10,849 nt of DNA, taken from NCBI RefSeq assembly GCF_006345805.1, contig NW_021827073.1, positions 1 to 10,849 on the forward strand. The letters run 5' to 3'. The first letter of the stretch is position 1, and each line of letters begins with the position of its first letter. The notes beneath the pieces were generated by a model that did not search any database, was not told where the DNA came from, and worked only from the letters and a program-made list of their open reading frames with translations. Position numbers and translations under genes: made by a program. Shown one piece after another: positions 1 to 8,005 of the stretch. The DNA comes from Octopus sinensis. Taxonomy: Eukaryota.

Positions 1-134
1 AGTAAGGAGAGGAAACAGATACACAGATGCATACTCATATTTACACACAAACATACACGTAAACATACACACACACACACACATACACATACATACACAT
101 GCATATAACATGCACAAACACACACATACATTAG

Positions 135-600
135 TAGGAAAAAAAATGGCTGCACAAGTATTTCTTTCTTGCTAGCGAAAACTTTTATTTTCTTCCTGGT
201 TTTTTGACTGTTTCACAAAGACAGACAAACAGACAGACAGACAGATACACACAAACAAACATACACACACAAAAACACAAACAAACATACACATGTAGCA
301 ACACCAAATGGCGGTGCCCCAGCATGGCCACAGCTTGTGAGCTGAAACTAGATAAAAAAAAAATACAAACACACACATAAATACACACACAAACGCACAC
401 AAACACTCACATACACACATACAAACACATACACACACATGTACAACACACACTTTTAGGAGAAGAAAATGGTTGCACAAGTATTTCTTTCTTGGTAGCG
501 AAAACTTTTATTTTCTTCCTGGTTTTTTGACTGTTTCACAAAGACAGACAAACAGACAGACACACATACACACACAAAAACACAAACAAAAATACACATA
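135..600 (+). repeat. Local direct duplication, period 323 bp (copy 1 about 135-295, copy 2 about 457-600)
   Basis: AAAATGG[C/T]TGCACAAGTATTTCTTTCTTG[C/G]TAGCGAAAACTTTTATTTTCTTCCTGGTTTTTTGACTGTTTCACAAAGACAGACAAACAGACAGAC occurs from 143 and from 466 with 2 substitutions. Confidence 0.95.
310..363 (+). mobile_element. 3'-terminal fragment of SINE/LINE (same tail type as SINE family A) ending in A-run
   Basis: GGCGGTGCCCCAGCATGGCCACAGCTTGTGAGCTGAAAC matches the tail at 5359-5397 (GGCGGTGCTCCAGCATGGCCGCAGTCAAATGACTGAAAC); followed by ATA10. Confidence 0.85.
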
Positions 601-901
601 CAGACTCACACACAAACACTCGCATACACACACACAGACACACACACGCAAAGACATACACACATACGCATACACACACACACACACACATAGAGGGTAT
701 ATATATACATAAGCACACGAGCGAAGATAAATGTATGCTTCCGCGATAGTTGGTGAAATTTGACCGTGTGTATATGCATAAATGCATGTATTTGTGAGCG
801 CGCACGCGCACGTGTGTTTATGTGCATTTATATGTATACATACTCAACTTACATGCCTCTTAAATTTTTGAATACCCACACATGTATGTATAAGTACATG
901 C

Positions 902-904
<3 letters not shown>

Positions 905-975
<71 letters not shown>
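905..975. repeat. (AT)n microsatellite
   Basis: Near-pure AT dinucleotide run. Confidence 0.98.
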
Positions 976-976
<1 letters not shown>

Positions 977-1187
977 CGGGAAGCTTTATGAAAATAAACA
1001 AAAGACGAGGCAGGTGGAAAACAAACGAACAATTTATTAGTATGGCGCTCAGGAAATATAAATAAAACAAGTCTTTAACGTTTCGAGCCTAGCTCTTCAA
1101 CAGAAAGATACACACAGAGAGAAAAAAACAGAAAGAAGAGAGGAAGAAAAAAAAATGCGTGCAGTAAGTAACGAATCAACATGGCGA
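976..1187 (-). mobile_element. About 210-nt hammerhead-containing non-autonomous repeat (family H1; PLE pseudo-LTR/retrozyme-like)
   Basis: Bounded by (AT)n and (AT)/(GT)n; central HHR motif; loosely homologous to the reverse complement of 2662-2874 (shared GTGGAA..ACAA..TGG(A)CGCTCAGGAA..TTTAACGTTTCGAGC..GCTCTTC..CAGAAA). Confidence 0.75.
1072..1108 (-). ncRNA. Minimal type I hammerhead ribozyme, core variant (A6>U), probably inactive
   Basis: Minus strand reads TCTTT CTGTTGA A GAGC tag GCTC GAAA CG TT | AAAGA: stem I TCTTT/AAAGA, stem II GAGC/GCTC, palindromic ACGT stem III, GUU site between 1077 and 1076. Confidence 0.8.
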
Positions 1188-1203
1188 TATATATATCTAT
1201 AGT

Positions 1204-1260
1204 TGTGTGTGTGTGTGTGTGTGTGTGTGGTATGTGTGGTGTGCGTGTGAATATGTATGT
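1204..1260. repeat. (GT)n microsatellite, degenerate at 3' end
   Basis: GT run followed by GTAT variants. Confidence 0.9.
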
Positions 1261-1487
1261 ATATACGTATATATTGGTAGCCTGACCTTCTCAAATTGTA
1301 GGGTAACATTTTAAATGTTAAAATAAAACCTTAATATATTCGTTCTCTTATATTTTCTTGAAGTCTTTATGGTAGGATATTTTTTTGAATTTTTCTTTGT
1401 GCTATTATTTCACTGTGGCTCTTAGGTTTTTTAATGTTTATCTATAAGCACACATGTGAATAAAAATAAACGTATATACCAAAACAA

Positions 1488-1546
1488 ATATATATATAGG
1501 TATATATGTGTATATATATACATACATACATACATACATACATACA

Positions 1547-1592
<46 letters not shown>
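1488..1592. repeat. Compound (TA)n-(CATA)n-(TA)n microsatellite
   Basis: Pure CATA array at about 1517-1575 flanked by TA runs. Confidence 0.95.
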
Positions 1593-1593
<1 letters not shown>

Positions 1594-1694
1594 TTTAAAT
1601 ATGGGATAAAATCTTTATAAGAATTTATCAAGTAGTTAGCGTGAAAAACCTCATAAGGGAAAAATCTATTAATTATACACTTTAAATATATTTA

Positions 1695-1857
1695 TTTATA
1701 TTAAGGGAATCTCTATACATAAATGCCTCACGCTAGGAGGGACTCTTAAAGTCAAAACTGCTATAATAACCACATTGTACAATGTGGCTATTTAGTAGTT
1801 TTGACTTTAAGAGTCCTAGCGTGAGGCATTTATGTATAGTAATGCCTTTAATATAAA
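1695..1857. repeat. Near-perfect loop-less palindrome (MITE/foldback-like)
   Basis: Centre CCACATTGT|ACAATGTGG at 1778/1779; arms CTATACATAAATGCCTCACGCTAGGA..CTCTTAAAGTCAAAACT match their reverse complement except a 4-nt insertion in the left arm and a few substitutions. Confidence 0.93.
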
Positions 1858-2009
1858 ATATATATATAATATATATATATATATAGATATGTGTGTATAA
1901 TTATATTAGAGAGAGAGAAAGAGAATTGTATGTATTCGTGGATTGTATCGTACAATAACTAGCAGTTAAAAAATTAACCTATTGCTCCAGATGGGCCGCT
2001 TTCGTATTC

Positions 2010-2189
2010 CAGTGCTGGATAATGTGTTTAGCGGCATTCCGTTTGTTTTCGCGTACAAATTCCACCGGGTTCCACTTTGCCCTTCATCCTTCCGGAATGA
2101 ATGAAATAAGTACCTGATAATTATTTGGTCGATGTAGTCGATGTGTCCCCTCTCCCCAAAACCTTGTACCTATGATAGAAAGAATTATT
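2010..2189 (+). mobile_element. Old, diverged copy of SINE family B (alternative 3' tail)
   Basis: CAAATTCCACCGGGTTCCACTTTGCCCTTCATCCTTCCGG..AAATAAGTACC..GGTCGATGTAGTCGA aligns to 3509-3598; tail differs (CCTTGTACCTATGATAGAAAGAATTATT). Confidence 0.8.
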
Positions 2190-2190
2190 G

Positions 2191-2482
2191 TTCACGGTCA
2201 TGGTGTCAGTCACCACGGAGTTTCGGGCAGTCGATTCCATTCTAAAGGAATACAAAGTGATAGCAGGAGGGAGGAGACAAGATTAATCCAAACAAGCTTG
2301 TAGGCCTGCATCTCGGCAACTAGAGAAGCCAGCGAACACCATAGTAGATCGACGGACCAGTGAAATTGCTCGGTGTCTGGTTTGACCCGAAACTCCAGGT
2401 GGACAAGAACTGGGACGGGGTTACAAACAGCGTGGTCAGTCTCACTTAGAAATTACCCCTGAAAGGTCGGTCAGAGGTGTCG
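2191..2482 (+). pseudogene. Degenerate reverse-transcriptase fragment of an L1/Tx1-type LINE
   Basis: Frame from 2191: FTVMVSVTTEFRAVDSILKEYKVIAG; frameshift; frame from 2279: KINPNKLVGLHLGN*RSQRTP**IDGPVKLLGVWFDPKLQVDKNWDGVTNSVVSLT*KLPLKGRSEV. Matches the post-YADD 'GAKIN..KS / VK.LGVWF / NW / LSL.GR' pattern of L1/Tx1 RT. Confidence 0.8.
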
Positions 2483-2483
2483 G

Positions 2484-2495
2484 ACAGATAGACAA

Positions 2496-2546
<51 letters not shown>

Positions 2547-2547
2547 T

Positions 2548-2623
<76 letters not shown>

Positions 2624-2661
2624 GTAGATAGATAGATAGATACATACATACATACATACAT
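2484..2661. repeat. (GATA)n followed by (CATA)n microsatellite
   Basis: Long GATA array, then TACA array. Confidence 0.97.
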
Positions 2662-2874
2662 CAAAATATGACCGCGTGTGTACCGTTGGCGATTTTTTTT
2701 TTCTCCGTCTTCCCTTCTCTGGATCTTTCCTTTTCCTATGTTTCTGACGAAGAGCTCCGCTCGAAACGTTAAACCCTCCTTCTTCCCTTCCTTCCTGAGC
2801 GTCCAATAGTACTATATTTGTTCCACGCCCTCGCGTTGTGTTTTCTCTTTGTGTTTTCATGTTTGGATTAACTT
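2662..2874 (+). mobile_element. About 210-nt hammerhead-containing non-autonomous repeat (family H1), bracketed by (TACA)n
   Basis: Unique pyrimidine-rich segment between two TACA arrays with a central HHR; related to 976-1187. Confidence 0.78.
2740..2774 (+). ncRNA. Minimal type I hammerhead ribozyme with intact core
   Basis: GTTT CTGACGA A GAGC tcc GCTC GAAA CG TT | AAAC: stem I GTTT/AAAC, core CUGACGA (2744-2750), extra A, stem II GAGC/GCTC, GAAA 2763-2766, loop-less ACGT stem III, predicted cleavage 2770/2771. Confidence 0.88.
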
Positions 2875-2942
2875 TACATACATACATACATACATGCATA
2901 CATACATACATACATACATACATACATACATACATACATACA

Positions 2943-2974
<32 letters not shown>

Positions 2975-3022
2975 GAGATAGATAGATAGATAGATAGATA
3001 CATACATACATACACACATACA
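2875..3022. repeat. (CATA)n-(GATA)n-(CATA)n compound microsatellite
   Basis: Direct reading. Confidence 0.96.
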
Positions 3023-3110
3023 TAAATGCATTGGTAGTTTGTCAGAGATAGAGTCAGATAGATCAAGAGTTTGTTGTAGAATTGGATTCCATCATACTTT
3101 ACAACACTTT

Positions 3111-3206
3111 GTAACAACAGCAGGAGCATCTGCAATAGTAGTAGTAGTAATAACAGCAGCAATAGTAGTAGTACATGAAGCAGTGGTAGCAGTAGTAGCA
3201 GCAGTC
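3111..3206. repeat. Degenerate (CAG)/(TAG)/(AAC) trinucleotide repeat
   Basis: AGTAGTAGT and CAGCAGCA runs; source of the poly-L and poly-V/A ORFs. Confidence 0.85.
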
Positions 3207-3433
3207 TACATAAGAGGGCTACGGTCACGGACTCTATCTTTCACCATATACTCAGCTAAATCATTAACAACAACAACAAAAAGAAACATAATAATAAAAA
3301 ATTGGTTTCCCTCCTTACCTTATCAAAACTCTGAAGTAAGAATTTACCGTTGTAGACAGAAAAATCCCGAAGAGATCAAACGATTGTCATTAAGTGTGTG
3401 TGTGTGTTCCAAAACCTGGCTTCAGTGATTCGT

Positions 3434-3664
3434 AAGGCGAGCTGGCAGAAACGTTAGCACGCTGGGCGAAATGCTTTGGAGTATTTCGTCCGCCGCTGCG
3501 TTCTGAGTTCAAATTCCACCGAGGTCGACTTTGCCTTTCATCCTTTCGGGGTCGATTAAATAAGTACCAGTTACGCACTGGGGTCGATATAATCGACTTA
3601 ATCCGTTCGTCTATCCTTGTTTGTCCTCTCTGCGTTTAGCCCCTTGTGGGTAGTAAAAAAAAAA
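3434..3664 (+). mobile_element. tRNA-related SINE, family B, full length with A-tail
   Basis: A-box-like TGGCAGAAACG, B-box GAGTTCAAATTCC, central GAGGTCGACTTTGCCTTTCATCCTTTCGGGGTCGATTAAATAAGTACCAG (resembles a widely conserved metazoan SINE central domain, Meta-type by recollection), ends GTAGT-A-run. Confidence 0.88.
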
Positions 3665-4329
3665 GGTTATTTAGGCAGCTCTGGTGACGGGGTTATATAT
3701 ATACCCTGGCAGGTCTCACCAACCTACGAATGTACCGCGCTAGTATTCCCTACGGAAAAACAGTCACACCGAAACGGCGATCTGGTAGTTTGTTGTTTGT
3801 TCGCTTAGAGGTTGGAATCTAAGCTTAAACTGAAGAGTTAATCATGGCCTGCCACCTATTTAGCCTGGCCATGCCAAGTCAGCAGCGGGGGACATCGTTT
3901 GGAAGCTAAAACAAAACGAGGAAATAAAATAGGCCTCCGTGGTTCGCAGGTCAGTCGGAACCTTTCACGGCGTCGAAGTCAAATCCGAGCGACAAGAGGC
4001 TGTTAAGAATCCATGGTACAGGCGTTGCATATGAACATCCTATAACCTGATCGATATACGTGATACAGACGATATATAAATATATGTTGGAGAAGAAGAG
4101 AACCAGTAATCGTAATAGGAGTTGTAAAACCGTACACTCAAAATGTGGAATCTTTTTTTTTTTATTTAGTAAAAACCAGTGTAAACTTGATCTTGACAGT
4201 GGAAGCATGTTATTAGGTTAAGAGTTCGGGGAAGGAAGCGGGACACATGACTTAATCTTTTTAAAGTATAAAGTATTGGACGTGTCTTGGCATGTTGCTT
4301 TTAAATAGCGACGCTTTACGTCGCCATAG

Positions 4330-4573
4330 TATGTGTGTATCTATATATATATATATATTATTTATAGATATATATTATATATATATATACATATCTAGTA
4401 TATTATGTATGTATGTATGTATGGATGGATGAATTATATATAAAGTATATATATATGCATATATATGTATATACATATACATATATCTATACATACACAT
4501 ATACCTATACATATATATATCTATATATGTGTGTGTGTATGTATATAAATATGCTGGTTTTATATAGAAGATA

Positions 4574-4605
<32 letters not shown>

Positions 4606-4620
4606 CACATATATTACTAT
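4330..4620. repeat. Compound (TA)n/(TATG)n/(TG)n low-complexity tract
   Basis: Direct reading. Confidence 0.9.
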
Positions 4621-4685
4621 ACGTGTTTAACTTCTGAATATATTTATATATTTGCTTATAATCTTTTATCTGTTATGTGTTTATA

Positions 4686-4900
4686 TCAATGGACTGCGGC
4701 CATGCTGGGGCACCGCGGTGAAGAATTTAATCGAACAAATCGACTGTAGTATTTACTATGATGTTTTTATTTTTTGGTTCTGGTTCTCATTGTATCGGTC
4801 TATTTGCCGAACCAATAAGTCAAAGGAACATAAAAAAACCCAACAACGGTTGTCAAACGATGGCGAGAACCAAACACCACACCCAAACACATAAACAGAT
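4686..4900 (-). mobile_element. Diverged 3' half of SINE family A
   Basis: Reverse complement contains TTGACAACCG..GACTTATTGGTTCGGCAAATAGACCGATA..GTCGATTTGTTCGATTAAA..GCGGTGCCCCAGCATGGCCGCAGTC, homologous to 5235-5385. Confidence 0.85.
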
Positions 4901-4978
4901 ACTAACACCTACGCCACGCACACCCATATACACACGCCCCCTCCCCACACACATAGTTAATTAAAATAATTTTATCCT

Positions 4979-5418
4979 AGGAGTGGCTGTGTGGTAAGTA
5001 GCTTGCTAACCAGCCACATGGTTCCGGGTTCAGTCCCACTGCGTGACATCTTGGGCAAGTGACTTTTGCTATAGCCCCGGGCGACCAATGCCTTGTGAGT
5101 GGATTTGGTAGACGGAAACTGAAAGAAGCCTGTCGTATATATAATATATATATATAATATATATATATAATATATATATATGTATATATATATATGTATG
5201 TGTGTTTGTGTGTCTGTGTTTGTCCCCCTAGCATTGCTTGACAACCGATGCTGGTGTGTTTACGTCCCCGTCACTTAGTGGTTCGGCAAAAAGAGACCAA
5301 TAGAATAAGTACTGGGCTTACAAAAGAATAAGTCCCGGGGTCGATTTGCTCGACTAAAGGCGGTGCTCCAGCATGGCCGCAGTCAAATGACTGAAACAAG
5401 TAAAAGAGAGAGTAAAAG
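4979..5418 (+). mobile_element. tRNA-related SINE, family A, with internal (TA)n(TG)n microsatellite
   Basis: A-box TGGCTGTGTGG, B-box GGTTCAGTCCC, CTTGGGCAAG central motif, internal microsatellite about 5136-5220, 3' hairpin CAGTCA-AA-TGACTG (5380-5393), AGTAAAAG repeated tail; second full copy at 6968-7356. Confidence 0.92.
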
Positions 5419-5885
5419 TATATTAAATGTAAAGTTAATAGTATTCACTTCCGTATTCTCTCAATCTGTGAAAGTTTCTAGTTCGAATCACACGTGTCTC
5501 GAGATGTGCTGAAGATTTTCTATTTTGGATATATTTAGGGTACTTAGGTCTGCTCAGGACTTAGTGCTTGCTTTTTCTATGGGTATGAGTAAGTATTTCA
5601 TTTATGTCTTACGTATTTATCGCCGAGGAGGGGAAAATTCTTATGAATTAACTCTGAAATTGGGACCAATACGGTAAAAACAGAATTTTTTTAGAAATTT
5701 CTATCGCTTGTTTTGAGACGCATGTTAATAGTGATAAATTATAATGGTTATTGACAATTTGTCTATTTTCAGCATATTTGGCATTAAAATTTTTTTCTTT
5801 TGCCCTTGTTTTATAAGTTATACATATATGTCCGTGTCCTGCACGTGTACATACATTGTTATGGAGACATGCACAAAATTTATGT

Positions 5886-6152
5886 ATAGGGCCGGTTTCC
5901 CGGTTTCTTTGGTGTATAAGTTCCCCACCTGGACGGGACGCCGGTCCGTCGCAGGTGACCTGTGAGGTTCAAGGAGAAAGAGAGAAAATTGTGGCGAAAG
6001 AGTCAGCAGAAGTTCGCCATTACCTTCTGCCGGAGTCGCGTGGAGCTTAGGTGTTTCGCTCATAAACACACACATCGCCTGGTCTGAGATTCGAACCCAC
6101 GATCCCTCGACCGCGAGTCCACTGCTCTAACCACTAGGCCATGTGCCTCCAC
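5886..6152 (-). mobile_element. tRNA-related SINE, family C1
   Basis: Minus strand starts GTGGAGGCACATGGCCTAGTGGTTAGAGC (A-box), GGGTTCGAATCTC (B-box); ends CCAGGTGGGGA..GAAACCGGGAAACCGGCCCT. Confidence 0.88.
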
Positions 6153-6405
6153 TAAATGTTCCTTCTCGAGCCATGCCAAGCTCATAAGGGCCGGTTTCCC
6201 GGTTTCAGTGGCGTAGAAAATCCCCACCTGGATGGGATGCCAGTCCATCGTAGCGTTACTCATTTTTGCCAGCTGAGTGAACTGGAGCAACGAGAAAATT
6301 AAGTGCTTTGCTCAAGAATACAACGCGTCGCCCGGTCGAGGAATCGAAACCACAACCTTACGATCATGAGTTCAACACCCTAACCACTAAGCCACGCGCC
6401 TCCAC
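6153..6405 (-). mobile_element. tRNA-related SINE, family C2, with CORE-like central domain
   Basis: Minus strand GTGGAGGCGCGTGGCTTAGTGGTTAGGG (A-box), GGTTTCGATTCC (B-box), central TTGTATTCTTGAGCAAAGCACTTAA..CTCCAGTTCACTCAGCTGGCAAAAATGAGTA (resembles CORE CCTTGGGCAAGTCACTT..CTCAG..CTGTAAAATG); same 3' block as C1. Confidence 0.85.
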
Positions 6406-6433
6406 ACGTATATTTAACATACGTTCATCAAAT

Positions 6434-6606
6434 TTGTGTGTGTGTCTGTTTGTGTGTGTGTGTGTCTGTCTGTGTGTGTATCTGTTTGTGTATGTGTGTC
6501 TTTGTGTAGGTTTGTGTGTGTGTGTCTCTTTGTGTGGGTGTATGGGTTATTTTTTGTGTGTGTGCATGTGTGTAAAGAAGTAACTGTCTGCGTGCATGTG
6601 TAGATG

Positions 6607-6637
<31 letters not shown>

Positions 6638-6675
6638 TGTGTGTGTGTGTGTGGTGTGTGTGTCGTGTGTATTCA
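6434..6675. repeat. Degenerate (TG)n tract
   Basis: Direct reading. Confidence 0.92.
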
Positions 6676-6967
6676 CATTGGACAATTAATTACATGACAG
6701 ATACCCGGATGTAAATTCCTGTCGCGTCATTCCGGGAGATATTTCAGACAAGTCCCTACATGAACCCAAACACACACACACACGCAAACGCCTGTACACA
6801 AATACTCTACTACTAACATTTTGTCGGATTCCTCTCGGGAGACAATAACACTTATAAATAGATACACGTATCTACAGCAGTACATACACACGCACAAACA
6901 GACACACATGCACGTACATATATATATATATATATATAATATATATATTATATATATATATAATATA

Positions 6968-7356
6968 GGCACAAGAGTGGCTGTGTGGTAAGTAGCTTGC
7001 TAATCAACCACATGGTTGCGGGTTCAGTCCCACTGCATGGCATCTTGGGCAAGTGTCTTCTGCTATAGCCCCGGGCCGACCAATGCCTTGTGAGTGGATT
7101 TGGTAGAGGGAAACTGAAAGAAGCCTGTCGTATATATGTATATATATAGATATGTATGTGTGTGTGTGTGTTTGTTTGTGTGTGTGTGTTTGTCCCCCTA
7201 GCATGTGTTTATGTCCCCGTCACTTAGCGGTTGGGCAAAAGAGACGGATAGAATAAGTACTGGGCTTACAAAGAATAAGTTCCGGGGTCGATTTGCTCGA
7301 TTAAAGGCTGTGCTCCAGCATGGCCGCAGTGAAATGACTGAAACGAGTAAAAGAGT
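6968..7356 (+). mobile_element. tRNA-related SINE, family A (second copy; short internal deletion near 7204)
   Basis: Collinear with 4979-5418, including internal (TA)(TG) microsatellite and GCTCCAGCATGGCCGCAGT..ATGACTGAAAC tail. Confidence 0.92.
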
Positions 7357-7846
7357 ACACACACACACACATATACATATATATATGTACATACATATAT
7401 AATTAAAATTCAGTTGAATTAGTTACTTAAATTGAGGCACCTTACTAGGTTGAAATAGTATCTATATGTGTGTGTGTGTGTCTGTGTGTAAAGAAACAGT
7501 GATCATAGAACGAACATCAAATTCGTGTCGACGGCTTAACACCATACCTCCAAACATTTGATCACGTATAAATATGTTTTTAAACATATATATATATATA
7601 TATATACACAAAAATTACAGAAGTTAAAACGTATATATGCGAATAAAAATACAGATTTATAGAATGGCTTATCAATAAGATAAATACAATCTGCTAAAAC
7701 TTCTAAAGCGAGTCACGCTTCTAAAAATCTAAATAAAACGAAATAGCAATCGACTAAAAATTCTTTTTTACTCCCCTCACACAAAAGAGTACGTCCAGGA
7801 TGTTCAATTCGTCAAGCCCTGGTAGGTAAGAGTCCAGGACCAAAAA

Positions 7847-7966
7847 GAGTTCCACGAAGTCGAATCAAACACACCTATGGTCATTTCGGGAGTTCATTGC
7901 CGCGGTTCGATTACAGTTAAAATACATTTTGGCAATGAACCCCTCATCAGGATGAACAGGGAACTC
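7847..7966 (-). ncRNA. Extended type I hammerhead ribozyme candidate with intact core (family H3)
   Basis: Minus strand: GAGTTCC ctgtt CATC CTGATGA GGGGTTCATTGCC [29-nt loop] GGCAATGAACTCCC GAAA TG AC CA TA | GGTG [18 nt] GGAACTC. 13-bp stem II with one bulge, AUA site at 7876/7875, proximal stem I CATC/GGTG, distal 7-bp stem I. Confidence 0.82.
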
Positions 7967-8005
7967 AAGCAAAACCAAAGTGTTCTATATTTAAGAGATG
8001 AGGAA

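Larger units (their letters stand above)
20..700. repeat. Degenerate (CA)n/(CATA)n/(CAGA)n low-complexity region interleaved with a duplicated unique block
   Basis: Continuous ACAC/CATA/CAGA runs; explains the V/C/L-rich and T/H/Q-rich ORFs in the track. Confidence 0.9.

Noticed and set aside
2217-2396. 11-bp inverted repeat GGAGTTTCGGG / CCCGAAACTCC suggesting a small MITE or hammerhead GAAAC
   Set aside because: Both arms lie inside the continuous RT reading frames and there is no CUGANGA partner; most likely chance.
3830-3836. CTGAAGA resembling a hammerhead core
   Set aside because: No stem II-GAAA downstream; it sits in a small AACT/AGTT hairpin. The same applies to CTGAAGA near 5507.
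5539-5594. Possible micro-exon (TTTAG|...TGA|GTAAGT; VLRSAQDLVLAFSMGM)
   Set aside because: Weak polypyrimidine tract, no recognisable peptide and no partner exons; cannot be supported without RNA-seq.
5990-6050. HDV/CPEB3-like words (TCCACGCG, GGTAATGGCGAA, GCAGAAG/CTTCTGC) in SINE C1
   Set aside because: Element order is wrong for an HDV fold (the L3-like segment precedes P2, leaving no room for P3, P1' and P4); retained only as a simple pseudoknot.
5925-6252. Apparent compensatory pairs GACGG/CCGTC versus GATGG/CCATC in the C1 and C2 tails
   Set aside because: These changes are all CpG to TpG/CpA transitions, explained by methylation decay without structural selection.
172-7402. Numerous 60-190 aa ORFs rich in VC, YI, TH, LSIY, MYVC or poly-L
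   Set aside because: They are translations of microsatellites and SINEs; no domain signal.
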